This document shows positions 21,688-31,297 of a DNA stretch of 64,000 nt, piece by piece (the stretch's first letter is position 1; each line of letters starts with the position of its first letter). The stretch is from Thermoanaerobaculia bacterium (lineage in GTDB: Bacteria; Acidobacteriota; Thermoanaerobaculia; Multivoradales; Multivoraceae). The stretch is taken from positions 2,880,001-2,944,000 of the forward strand of contig OY761158.1 of the NCBI GenBank assembly GCA_963664405.1, given 5' to 3'. The position numbers were made by a program, and so were the translations under genes. The notes beneath the pieces were generated by a model. The model did not search any database and was not told where the DNA came from. It saw only the letters and a program-made list of their open reading frames with translations.

Positions 21688-22422
21688 TTGAAGCAGCGGA
21701 ACGGAACTCCACCCATCCAAGGCGAGACCCTGAAGAGGGAAGCGGCCTACCCCAACCTCGCAAAGAAAGCGAGCGACGGGATGTACTGCTATGTTGTCCA
21801 ACGCCGAATATCATGGCATATAGCTCTATTCTGCGTGCGTAGAGGTATATCCGCCAATACTGCGACCGGGATTGACATGGTCCTGGCGATTCTCGCTGCG
21901 TGGAGCTTATCTCAGGGCCACTACATTTCGGGCGCCATCTTGATCCAACTGTTCGGTCTGTGGTCGTGTGTCGACGGAGAGATCGCGCGGTTGACGAAGA
22001 GGGCAAGCAGAAAGGGGGATCTTTACGACACCATGACGGATCGATCGGCGGAGCTGCTTATTTTCGCTGGTATGCTTTATGCGATGTCGGTGGCTTCCAC
22101 CAACCGTCCTTGGGGAGCTCTGTTCTTTTGCTACATCGGGATGGTCTTTCTCATCACAGCATCTTCCGAGAAATTTCGCTCCGTATACCAGAGAAACTAT
22201 CCGAAGGGCGAATACGAGCCATTATTCAATTGGCTTTGTTCAGGGAGCGATACACGATTCCTTTATCTCGCCGCCGCAATCATCGGGTATGTAATAACGG
22301 GGAATGCTGCGATCATCGAGTGGCTGCTAGTAGGTTTGTCCTCATTGCTCGGTGTCAACTTTTTGTTCCGGATGTGGAAGATATCGACGCTTGCGACAGA
22401 AGATAATGAGAGACCGGACTGA
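21688..22422 (+). CDS. CDP-alcohol phosphatidyltransferase family membrane protein
   Basis: ISANTAT and SCVDGEIAR...S..G.LYD..TDR; first Asp of the motif replaced by Ser. Confidence 0.8.
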   Translation: MKQRNGTPPIQGETLKREAAYPNLAKKASDGMYCYVVQRRISWHIALFCVRRGISANTATGIDMVLAILAAWSLSQGHYISGAILIQLFGLWSCVDGEIARLTKRASRKGDLYDTMTDRSAELLIFAGMLYAMSVASTNRPWGALFFCYIGMVFLITASSEKFRSVYQRNYPKGEYEPLFNWLCSGSDTRFLYLAAAIIGYVITGNAAIIEWLLVGLSSLLGVNFLFRMWKISTLATEDNERPD

Positions 22423-22437
22423 AGGCCATTCACGAAG

Positions 22438-23133
22438 ATGGCGAAGCAGATCTACCCGTCTCTTCAGAGCCTTCTGGCAGAGCTCGAGGAGAGCTGCCTC
22501 TTACTTGCGCGACATGGGGAGACAGATTGGAATGCAGCGAATATTGTTCAGGGGCAGCAGGATCGTCCTCTGAGCCGCAAAGGGTATGAGCAGAGGAAGA
22601 ACCTGTTCTATCTATTGCGGCCGATTTCTCTGAAGCGAATAGTTTGCAGCACGCTGCAGAGGACCATCGAGACGGCAATGCCACTCAGTCTCGAGAAAGG
22701 TATAGCGATCGAGCAGAGGCACGAGCTCGACGAAGTGAGATTGGGCGTTTTCGAGGGACAACATAAGGAGGAGTTTTCCGATGAGTTTTCGAGGAGCTGT
22801 TACCGGTGTTTCCTAGAGGACGAGATAAACATTGCCCTTCCCGGGGGTGGAGAAAGTCTCAGAATGGTCGACAAGCGAGTGCGGAAGGCGGTGGGTAGTT
22901 TTATGGGAGGCTTGAGAGAGTCCGGCCATTCGTTGGTTGTCGGGCATCGCAATGTGAACAAGATGATTGTTAAGAGCCTCTTGGGTCTAAGCTTCGAGGA
23001 GGGATACCGGGTGGAGCATAGGAATGCCTGTCTTTACATCTTCGCTCCAGGGAGAGCTGAGATGTTCATGATGGAGGTGCCGAGTCCTCAAGAGCCTACC
23101 GAAGTGAGGTGTGGATATGAGAGAAGCGGTTAA
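22438..23133 (+). CDS. Histidine phosphatase family protein
   Basis: ARHGETDWN, GGESL, VVGH. Confidence 0.88.
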   Translation: MAKQIYPSLQSLLAELEESCLLLARHGETDWNAANIVQGQQDRPLSRKGYEQRKNLFYLLRPISLKRIVCSTLQRTIETAMPLSLEKGIAIEQRHELDEVRLGVFEGQHKEEFSDEFSRSCYRCFLEDEINIALPGGGESLRMVDKRVRKAVGSFMGGLRESGHSLVVGHRNVNKMIVKSLLGLSFEEGYRVEHRNACLYIFAPGRAEMFMMEVPSPQEPTEVRCGYERSG

Positions 23134-23473
23134 GCGACGGCGACGTCCTTTTTTTGTGGAGGACAGGGAGCCTGTGGGGTTTCGAACTTAGGCTGCCGCG
23201 CACCGCAATCCTCTCGATGGCTCTCCTCGCCCTCCCCGCACGGGCTCAGGAGGTGGCCCGGAGCCTGCGGCCTCAGATGTGGGAACGACGGCCCAGTAGG
23301 CTCCTCCGGTAGAGGAGATAGCCCCACATAAGATGACCTGTGCGGAGAGCGTAACGATTGTCTCGTTTTGGACAGGATCGCTGGCGGCCGGTTGCGCGGC
23401 GAGAGAACGTCTTTTAGCATGGGCTCGTGCGAGCGCGACGCGGGTGCTGCCTACTCCCTAGGCGGCCGCGGGC

Positions 23474-24991
23474 ATGAAGGAGCGGAGCTACCTTCCACTC
23501 GCGGTCGTACTGCTTCTCGCCGCACTGCTTTGGGCGCCGTCGCTCCTCGGGGACTTCGTCTACGACGATCACTACCTGATCGTCGACAACCCGGTGGTTC
23601 GGAGCTCAGACCAGGTGGTGGCGGCCTTCACGCGCGATTACTACGGTCAGCGCGACCCCCAGCGCGGACTCGGTTACTACCGACCGATCACCCTGCTCAG
23701 TCACTGGCTCGACTGGTCGATCTGGAAGGCGGCTCCCTTCGGACACCACCTCAGCAGCCTGCTGCTCCATCTGCTGGCTACGGCCCTTCTCTATTTCTTC
23801 GTTGCCGAGACCTTCGGTCGACCTGCGCTCGCGCTTCTGACGACGACGATCTTTGCTCTTCATCCGACAAAGGCGGCGAGTGTCGCTTTCGTATCGGCTC
23901 GAGTGGACGTGCTCGCCGGTGTTTTCGTGCTCTCTGCCTTGCTGTGCTGCACGCGCAATCGCTGGGGAGCACCCGCCTTTTACGCTCTCGGGCTTCTCAG
24001 CAAGGAGATGGCGGTGACGCTACCGGCGCTGCTGTTCTGGCGACTGCACGACAGGGGCCGTCGCAGGTGGCTGGCGACCCTGGTGTCGACGGGCGCGGTC
24101 TTGATCGTGATCGCACTCCTGCGTTGGGCGGTGCTCGGGCACCTGTCTCGGCCGGGGGCGCCGCTCCTGGAGATCTCACCTCACGTCCCCTTCTTGCTCC
24201 TCGGCGATCATCTGCGGAACTTCATGCTGCCGCCTCTCGGGATCTTGCTCGAGCCTCCGCTCAGCCGGCTACCATGGCTCGTCGACTTCGCTTGCCTCGC
24301 CCTCTACGTTCTCGCTCTCGCTCGTCTGCCCGATCGTAAGGTCGCCGGCTGGGGAGCCGTCTGGCTCGTCACCCATCTGCCGATACTCGGGCTGGTCGGT
24401 CTCGAGACCGTAGTCGACGATCGCTTTCTCTATCTCCCCTCGATCGGTTTTTCGCTGGTGGCGGCGGCTTGGATCGAGACCTATCTCGAGCGACGCCACG
24501 CTTCCGGACGCAATAGGGCGGTGCTCGTCGCGGTGGTGCTGCTCGCCTTGATCCTTGCCCCGATGGCGCTGACGCGGGAGATCTACTGGCACGACGATCT
24601 GACCCTCTTCAGCGCCGCGCTCGAGACCCAACCGGACTCGACCGATTTTCATCTCAAGCGTGGTCTCGCCCTGGTTGAGAGAGGGAGACTCGACGAGGCG
24701 GAGGGCGACTTCCGCACCGGCCTGCAGCTCGCTGACTCAGACACGGAAATCGCCTCCTGGCTTCGGCGAAATATCGCCGACACCTACCTCGCGCGAGGCC
24801 GGCTCGAAGAGGCCGAAGAATGGTACAAGCAGGCTGTCGAGCACCGACCCGACTACTGCAACGCCCACCTGGGGCTCGCCCTTCTGCTCGAGCGTGATGG
24901 CCGCAACGAAGAAGCGCGATCTCACTTCGCCCAAGCACTGTCGTGCCCCGAGAGTGCCCCGGTCGCTTCTCGCCACTTGAAGGGCGGTTAG
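23474..24991 (+). CDS. TMTC-like GT-C membrane protein with TPRs
   Basis: DFVYDD, YYRP, FALHP, SKE, RFLYLPS, C-terminal TPRs. Confidence 0.85.
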   Translation: MKERSYLPLAVVLLLAALLWAPSLLGDFVYDDHYLIVDNPVVRSSDQVVAAFTRDYYGQRDPQRGLGYYRPITLLSHWLDWSIWKAAPFGHHLSSLLLHLLATALLYFFVAETFGRPALALLTTTIFALHPTKAASVAFVSARVDVLAGVFVLSALLCCTRNRWGAPAFYALGLLSKEMAVTLPALLFWRLHDRGRRRWLATLVSTGAVLIVIALLRWAVLGHLSRPGAPLLEISPHVPFLLLGDHLRNFMLPPLGILLEPPLSRLPWLVDFACLALYVLALARLPDRKVAGWGAVWLVTHLPILGLVGLETVVDDRFLYLPSIGFSLVAAAWIETYLERRHASGRNRAVLVAVVLLALILAPMALTREIYWHDDLTLFSAALETQPDSTDFHLKRGLALVERGRLDEAEGDFRTGLQLADSDTEIASWLRRNIADTYLARGRLEEAEEWYKQAVEHRPDYCNAHLGLALLLERDGRNEEARSHFAQALSCPESAPVASRHLKGG

Positions 24992-25776
24992 CCGATCGGC
25001 GCGAGAAAGTCGCTCACCGCTCGAGCGAAGTCAGCGGGTTGATCCAGGAAGGGCCAGTGGCCGGCCGGTGCAATTGCACAGAGAGCGACGCCTTCGCGCT
25101 GCAGAAGGGCTCTCGAGTGCTCTCCGGTCCCCCCTGGGGAGCCGTAGATATAGAGAGTCGGAATGGGGAGCGTCGCGAGACGGGGGGCCATGATCTCGTC
25201 TTTCGAGACCTCCACGAGCTCGATCCCGTTGCGCTTGAAGGCACGCGCGTCGCAGAGACTGAGGCTTTTCGCATATCCAGCGAGCATCTCGTTTGCACGA
25301 CCCTCCAGCTCGACCTCGACGACCATGTTCTCGAATTGGCTGTCGACGCTCTCATCGTCGCTGAAGGCGGCCGCTCGAAGGCTGTAGGTACAGTCATCGA
25401 GACTGATATTGCCTTCGATGTCGAGAAAACCATCGATCTCCTCTTCAGCTCTCTCACACAGGAAGGTGCCGATCACGCCGCCCAAGGAGTGGCCGGCGAT
25501 CACGGTGCGCTGCCCGGTGGTCTGGGGAAGTAGAGACAGCAGCAATTCGGTGTGGTCGTCGAGGCTGGCGGGAGGGGATGGGCCTGGGGTGCGACCGTAC
25601 CCGAGCAGGTCGGGTATCACGTGGTCCCAGTCCGCTAATGCGGGCCGGCTCAGAAGGTTTTCGAAGCAGAGGCCCGACTCGCCCAGACCGTGGATCCAGA
25701 GCACGGTTCCGCGAGGGCTTCGTCGCCGCAGCCGACGGCTCCAGATTCCGTTCTCGAGACCTTGTGTAACGCCCAT
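24988..25776 (-). CDS. Alpha/beta hydrolase
   Basis: IHGLG, PDLLGYG, GHSLGG nucleophile elbow, AGHWP. Confidence 0.88.
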   Translation of the reverse strand: MGVTQGLENGIWSRRLRRRSPRGTVLWIHGLGESGLCFENLLSRPALADWDHVIPDLLGYGRTPGPSPPASLDDHTELLLSLLPQTTGQRTVIAGHSLGGVIGTFLCERAEEEIDGFLDIEGNISLDDCTYSLRAAAFSDDESVDSQFENMVVEVELEGRANEMLAGYAKSLSLCDARAFKRNGIELVEVSKDEIMAPRLATLPIPTLYIYGSPGGTGEHSRALLQREGVALCAIAPAGHWPFLDQPADFARAVSDFLAPIG

Positions 25777-25878
25777 TCGAGAACGAAGAGTGTACGCTGC
25801 CGATGGAAGTGCAGCTACGATGGAAACTGGCATACGATCGGCGCGGCAGACAGTGTGGAGTGGAGGGAGGAGGAAGCG

Positions 25879-26634
25879 ATGGCCGCTGAGCTGTTTGATT
25901 TTCAGGGAAAGGTGGTGCTGGTCACCGGGGGAAGCCGCGGCCTCGGCCGACAGATGGCGGTTGCTTTCGCTCGCTCGGGGGCCGACGTTGCCGTGACCAG
26001 TCGCAAGATCGAGGCCTGCGAGGAGGTCGCCGCCGAAATCGAGGCCCTCGGCCGCCAGGCCCTGGCCGTCGCCTCCCACGTCGGACACTGGGACGAGCTT
26101 GATGGGCTCGTGGACGCTGTCTATGACCGCTTCGGGCGCCTCGACGTGCTGGTGAATAACGCCGGTATGTCTCCCCTCTATCCTTCGCTCGAGGAGGTTT
26201 CGGAGGATCTGTTCGACAAGGTGATAGCGGTCAACCTCAAGGGGCCTTTTCGGCTGAGTGCGCTGGTTGGAAGCCGCATGGCAGCGGGGGATGGTGGTTG
26301 TATTTTGAACATTTCGAGCAACGCGGCCGTGCACCCCAGCCCGGCGGCCGAGCCCTATGGCAGCGCCAAGGCCGGCCTCAACGCTCTGACACGCTCCCTT
26401 GCCTTCGCCTACGGGCCGAAGGTGAGAGTGAACTGCATCCAGGCCGGGCCGTTCTTCACCGACGTCTCCCGGCACTGGAACATGGAGGCGTTCGAAGGCC
26501 GCGCCAAGGAAAGTATCGCGTTGCAGCGAGGCGGGGACCCCTCCGAGATCGTGGGCGCCGCCCTGTATCTGTGCAGTTCCGCCGCGAGCTTTACCACCGG
26601 TGCGATTCTGCCGGTGGATGGCGGAGGTCGCTGA
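25879..26634 (+). CDS. Short-chain dehydrogenase/reductase
   Basis: TGGSRGLG, NNAG, YGSAK; strong RBS ggaggagg. Confidence 0.93.
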   Translation: MAAELFDFQGKVVLVTGGSRGLGRQMAVAFARSGADVAVTSRKIEACEEVAAEIEALGRQALAVASHVGHWDELDGLVDAVYDRFGRLDVLVNNAGMSPLYPSLEEVSEDLFDKVIAVNLKGPFRLSALVGSRMAAGDGGCILNISSNAAVHPSPAAEPYGSAKAGLNALTRSLAFAYGPKVRVNCIQAGPFFTDVSRHWNMEAFEGRAKESIALQRGGDPSEIVGAALYLCSSAASFTTGAILPVDGGGR

Positions 26635-26639
26635 GGAAG

Positions 26640-26742
26640 AAGTAAACAGTGATCAGTCATCAGTAGACAGTCGAGAGGTAAGTAGGACTGCTTACTGCTT
26701 ACTCCTTACTCCTTACTCCTATACGCCTTACTTCTCCACTTC
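26640..26742. repeat. Heptamer tandem repeats between convergent genes
   Basis: cagtgat-cagtcat-cagtaga-cagtcga, then ctgctta-ctgctta-ctcctta-ctcctta. Confidence 0.75.
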
Positions 26743-26743
26743 T

Positions 26744-27493
26744 TCACCTCCCTCCCTCACCTAGGGAGGCCAGAAGGAAGCGGAGCTCGCGGTCGGTTTC
26801 GTTTGGGTCCACTACGGTCGCGGCCACTTCTTCGCGGAGGAGCGCGCCGAAGCGCTTGCGGAGGCGGTGGACCGCTACTTTGACTGCTGATTCGCTCATG
26901 TCCAGCTCTGCGGCGACTTCTTTGTAAGTGACGCCGTCACCGTCTCCGGTAAGGAAGACCGCGAGGCGGCGGGATCGCTCGGGGCTTGGGGAGTTGGCGA
27001 TCTCCTCTTGGAGACGCCCCTGGGTGCGCTCCAGAACTTCGAGTGCCCATCGTTTCTCGAAAACCCGATCAGGGCTCCCCTCGGGCTCGGCTTCGAGGCT
27101 GTAGCGCTCTTCGGCGCCCTCGAGGTCTAGTGAGAGGGCTTCCTGCCCCCCACCTCTCTTCTTAGCCTTGGCGCGATCGCTCTCGTCAGCAAGATAGAAC
27201 TTGAGGGCCGTCAACAAGAAGGAACGAAACCGCCCTCGCTCACGATCTGCCGCCTTGAGAGTGCGCTTCTCCAGGAGGTGCGAAAAGAACCCTTGGGCGA
27301 GGTCCTGCGCCCGGTCTGAATCGGCGCCACGGCGGCGAATGAAGGCGTAGACGGGGTACCAGTAGCCCTCGCAGAGTCCGCCTAGAGCGTCGTGAAAACG
27401 GGGGCTCTGGGTATTGCCTGCCGCGATGACCATGCTCCACTGTGTGGTGAGAAAGCGATTGCGTCCGCGCTGAGGGGGCCTAGGTTGTTCCAC
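26744..27493 (-). CDS. ECF sigma factor of the FxTTxWS N-terminal type
   Basis: FLTTQWSMV, YWYPVYAFIRR, GRFRSFL, C-terminal HTH VKVAVHRLR. Confidence 0.88.
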   Translation of the reverse strand: MEQPRPPQRGRNRFLTTQWSMVIAAGNTQSPRFHDALGGLCEGYWYPVYAFIRRRGADSDRAQDLAQGFFSHLLEKRTLKAADRERGRFRSFLLTALKFYLADESDRAKAKKRGGGQEALSLDLEGAEERYSLEAEPEGSPDRVFEKRWALEVLERTQGRLQEEIANSPSPERSRRLAVFLTGDGDGVTYKEVAAELDMSESAVKVAVHRLRKRFGALLREEVAATVVDPNETDRELRFLLASLGEGGR

Positions 27494-27601
27494 GACAGCC
27501 AGAGCCTACACCCGTTGGTCGAAGCAGGGCGTTGAGGCTGATGCCTGAGATGAAAGTGGGGAGAAACGCGGGCGCGGCTGGGTGGCACCGAGCGCGGCTA
27601 A

Positions 27602-29077
27602 CTAGGGGTCAGCTGAAAAGTCTGCGGCACGGAGGTAGTTCGCTTCTTGCTTGAGGTCGGCCTCGGTCAGGGGGTGCTCGGCGAGCCAGCCGTCGGGAAA
27701 GTGAATGTGCAGAGAGTCGCTGCCCCCATCGAGCCTCAGGTAGGGGAGAGGTACTTCAGCCCGGCTTCGTTGAAGAAGGGCGGCGATACGTAGCAGTATG
27801 GCCAGCCGCAGCCATGAGGCCGGCTTCTCTTCGAACCGAGAGATCGGCAGCTTCCGCCGATGTGCCTGGACCAGGGTGGCGACCATCTCCTGCTCGCGCA
27901 GAGAGAACCCCGGCAGATCCGCGTTGGCGATGATGTAGCCGCCGTGCTTGTGGTAGTGGGCGTGGGCGATGTCGAGGCCGATCTCATGCAGTCTTGCCGC
28001 CCATCCCAGAACCTGTTGAGACTGTTCGTCGTCGAGCTTCCACGTCTCTCTAGCCTCTTCGAGTAGGTGGAGTGCCGTTGCTTCGACTCGCGCGGAGTGC
28101 TCGCGATCGAGGTGATAGCGCGCCGACAGGGCCTCTACGGTGCGACTGCGGGTGTCTTCGTGCCGAATGCGGCCCAGGAGGTCGTAAAGAACCCCCTCCC
28201 GAAGGGCGCCATCCGCCACTTCCATCTGCTCTACGCCGAGTGCGTCGAAGACTGCTTCGAGGATGACGACGCCGCCGGCGAAGACCGGCTCTCGCTCCGC
28301 GCTGAGGCCGGGTATCTCGAGGGCACTGGCCGAGCCTGCTGCGAGCAGCGCCTTGCGGAGCTTGCGAATAGCTGCTCGAGGTATGCCCTCCTCGGCATAT
28401 CCGGCCTCGCGCACGATTCGCCCGATGGCTCGGATGGTCCCCGAGGACCCCGCTGCTTCGGTCCAGCCGGCGTTGCGGAACCGAGCCTCGACAGGCTCGA
28501 GCTCCTGAAGCGCCATGATATGCGCACGCTGCCAGCTCTTCTTGTCTATGCGCCCGTCCGAAAAGTACTTCCGACTCAGAGCGACACAGCCCATATAGAG
28601 GCTCTCCATGACCAGAGGCTGCGACTGCTCGCCGACGATGAGCTCGGTGCTACCGCCCCCGATGTCGACGACGAGTCGGCGACCGTCGCCGTCACCGAGA
28701 CTACGAGCGACGCCGAGAAAGACGAGCCTCGCCTCCTCGATCCCGGAGATCACTGCGATCGGATGTCCCAGAGCTTCTTGTGCGTCTCTGAGGAAGTTAT
28801 TTCGATTGCGGGCGCGGCGGAGGGTATTGGTCGCCACGACTCGCACATTGCTCGCCGGGATGTTCCGAAGGCGTTGCCCGAATCGCTGTAAGCATTCGAT
28901 CGCGCGCTCCTGGGTCTCGCTCGAGAGTACGCCCTTCCGGTCGAGACCCGCGGCGAGGCGCACCATCTCACGGTCGCGATCGAGCGTTTCGAGCTCGCCC
29001 CGTGCGATGCGGGCAACCACCATGTGAAAGCTGTTGGAGCCCAGATCTACGGCCGCTACGGAAGGGCGAAGGCTCAC
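27602..29077 (-). CDS. ppx: Exopolyphosphatase Ppx/GppA
   Basis: VDLGSNSFH, ISGIEEA, DIGGGSTE, ALREG, C-terminal HD-like LHEIG. Confidence 0.92.
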   Translation of the reverse strand: MSLRPSVAAVDLGSNSFHMVVARIARGELETLDRDREMVRLAAGLDRKGVLSSETQERAIECLQRFGQRLRNIPASNVRVVATNTLRRARNRNNFLRDAQEALGHPIAVISGIEEARLVFLGVARSLGDGDGRRLVVDIGGGSTELIVGEQSQPLVMESLYMGCVALSRKYFSDGRIDKKSWQRAHIMALQELEPVEARFRNAGWTEAAGSSGTIRAIGRIVREAGYAEEGIPRAAIRKLRKALLAAGSASALEIPGLSAEREPVFAGGVVILEAVFDALGVEQMEVADGALREGVLYDLLGRIRHEDTRSRTVEALSARYHLDREHSARVEATALHLLEEARETWKLDDEQSQQVLGWAARLHEIGLDIAHAHYHKHGGYIIANADLPGFSLREQEMVATLVQAHRRKLPISRFEEKPASWLRLAILLRIAALLQRSRAEVPLPYLRLDGGSDSLHIHFPDGWLAEHPLTEADLKQEANYLRAADFSADP

Positions 29078-29388
29078 TCGAGCCTCCGATAGAGGGCAAC
29101 GTTCACAGCTCCCGAAGAGCGCCGCCTGCGTGGCAGGCTCCTAGCTTCTCCCATTGGGGTCAGATGGTAGCCGAGCGCGGGGCCAGACGCCACGACTCGT
29201 CGCTGAGTCGGTGGCGCGCGCGGCCTGTCCGCACCGTCGGTGCGCCCTCGCTTGGTCGTAACTGACTAGAAGACAGAGACTTGCGCCGCTCGTTACCGTC
29301 CGATTTGGTATCCTTGTCGGCTAGGCTTGAACGCTTCACCGTCTGCGGGGCTCTTCTTGCCCCGATTGCGCTGTCTCGAGAAACCACC

Positions 29389-31297
29389 GTGACCCTGATT
29401 GCAATTGGCTCCCTCCTCGCCGCCGCGATCTCCAGCGCCCTTGCCGGCTATACCTGGAGTCGACGCGCGACCCGAGGCGCCACCTGCTTCACGGGTCTTG
29501 TCGTTTGCATTGCCGGCTGGTGTCTTGCGAGCGCGGGAGGGAGTGTCAGTCCGTCTTTGGAGGCGAAGCTGCTGTGGTCGCAGATAGCTTGTTCCAGCGT
29601 TGCGGTGGGGTCCCTTGTTTGGCTCTTCTTCGCGCTCGAGCACGCTGCCGCTCCGACTATCGCAGAGCGGAAGAGCCTTCTTCTTCTGTTCTTGGTCCCT
29701 TCGGCTACGGTCGCTCTGGTTTGGACCAACTCGATGCACGGTCTGATCTGGGGTGGCGCGTCGATGAGCTCGCCGGACCAGCTGCTTGCCACACCTGGGC
29801 CATGGCTCGTCTGGGCCCATATTCCCTACTCGGTGGCGCTGATCGTGGCCGGACAAGGGGTCCTTATCGCTCACGGTCTTCGTTCTTCCGCCGAGTACCG
29901 ATTGCGCTCCGCGATTCTGACCGTGGCTGCAGCGGTCCCTCTGGTCGTAGGAGCCGCCTTTTTCGGGTCGGCTGCTGCTTCGGGTGCGGACCCGACTCCC
30001 CTCGCTTTCAGCATCGCTACCTTGATCATGGCCTGGGCTCTTTTTTCACGACGCTTTGCGGGCCTTGGGCCATTGGCCTACGAAGCGGTCTTTCGATCCA
30101 TGGGTGACGCCTTGTTTCTCGTCGACGAGAGTGACCGTGTCGTGATGATGAACCCGGAAGCGAGCGCCAGGAGCGGCAAGACGCTCGAGGAGGTTGTTGG
30201 CAAGCCGGTGAGTGAAGTCATCAAACCTTGGAGCGAGGCTCTCGATCATCTCGCGGAGTCGACCCGAGGAAGAGTCGCAGCGGTCCTCGACGAGGAGGGC
30301 GAGACGCGCCAGCTCGAGGTGCGTGTGTTCCCGCTGAACGACTGGAAGGGTGGCTTCCGAGGGAGGGTCTTTGTCAGTCAGGACGTGACCGAGCAGAGTG
30401 CCTTCAGCAAGCTCGAAGAAATGGCCTATCGCGATTTTCTCACCGGGTTGCTCAATCGCAGGGCCTTCTACGAGGAAGCGGAAAAGGCGGTGGTCGTCGC
30501 CCGCCGACGCAGCGACAAGTTCGCCATGGTCCTTCTCGATCTCGACGGCTTCAAGGATGTGAATGACCGCCACGGCCACGCGGCCGGCGATCTTCTGCTC
30601 CAGCGCGTGGCCACACGCCTACATGACGAGCTGCGGAGGGAAGACACTGTTGGCCGGTTGGGCGGCGACGAGTTCGGCGTGATTCTCCAAGACTGCACGA
30701 CCGAGTTCGCTGCGAATACGGTTCATCGCTTGGTTCTGGCGATCAAGAGTCGCCCGTTCGAGATCAAGGAGACGATGGTAGATCTCGATGTGAGCGCCGG
30801 AGTCGCGCTGTTCCCGGAGGCGGGTGACCAAGTCGAAGTCCTGGTGAGCCGGGCCGATGCCGCCATGTATCAAGCCAAGCAGGGCATCGGGGGAATCTGT
30901 TTCTTCGACCCCGAGGGGGACGAGCTCAGCGAGGAGCTCTTGCAGTTGGAATCGGAGATGCGAGACGCCCTCACCAACGAGGAGATGGAGTTTCGCTATC
31001 AGCCCATCTGCAATACGGCGACCGGTGAGGCGGTCGGGGTCGAAGCCTTGGTACGGTGGCGCCATCCCGTCAACGGCATCACCCTCCCAGACGCATTCCT
31101 TTCGAAGTTCAAACAGCGGGGCCTTGCCGTCGATCTCGATAGCCACGTGCTGCGCCGCGTTCTCGAGCAAGTGGCCGAGAGCTCGCTCTCGGTTGCGGTG
31201 AATCTTTCAAGTCAGACCGCCGTCGACGTCGATTTGCCGATCCGGGTCAAGAATCTACTGCGAGCTACCGGTGTCGAACCGCGTCGACTCATACTCG
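29389..31297 (+). pseudogene. 7TM-PAS-GGDEF-EAL protein with the EAL domain truncated by IS6 (reading frame runs on into the IS to 31692)
   Basis: N-terminal TMs, PAS, DFLTGLLNR, GGDEF, YQPI, EALVRW, then IS6 sequence. Confidence 0.85.

Noticed and set aside
23150-23345. Relationship of ggagcctg...aggctcc segments to the 52.6-kb REP-like repeat
   Set aside because: Similarity is too short and degenerate to support without an alignment
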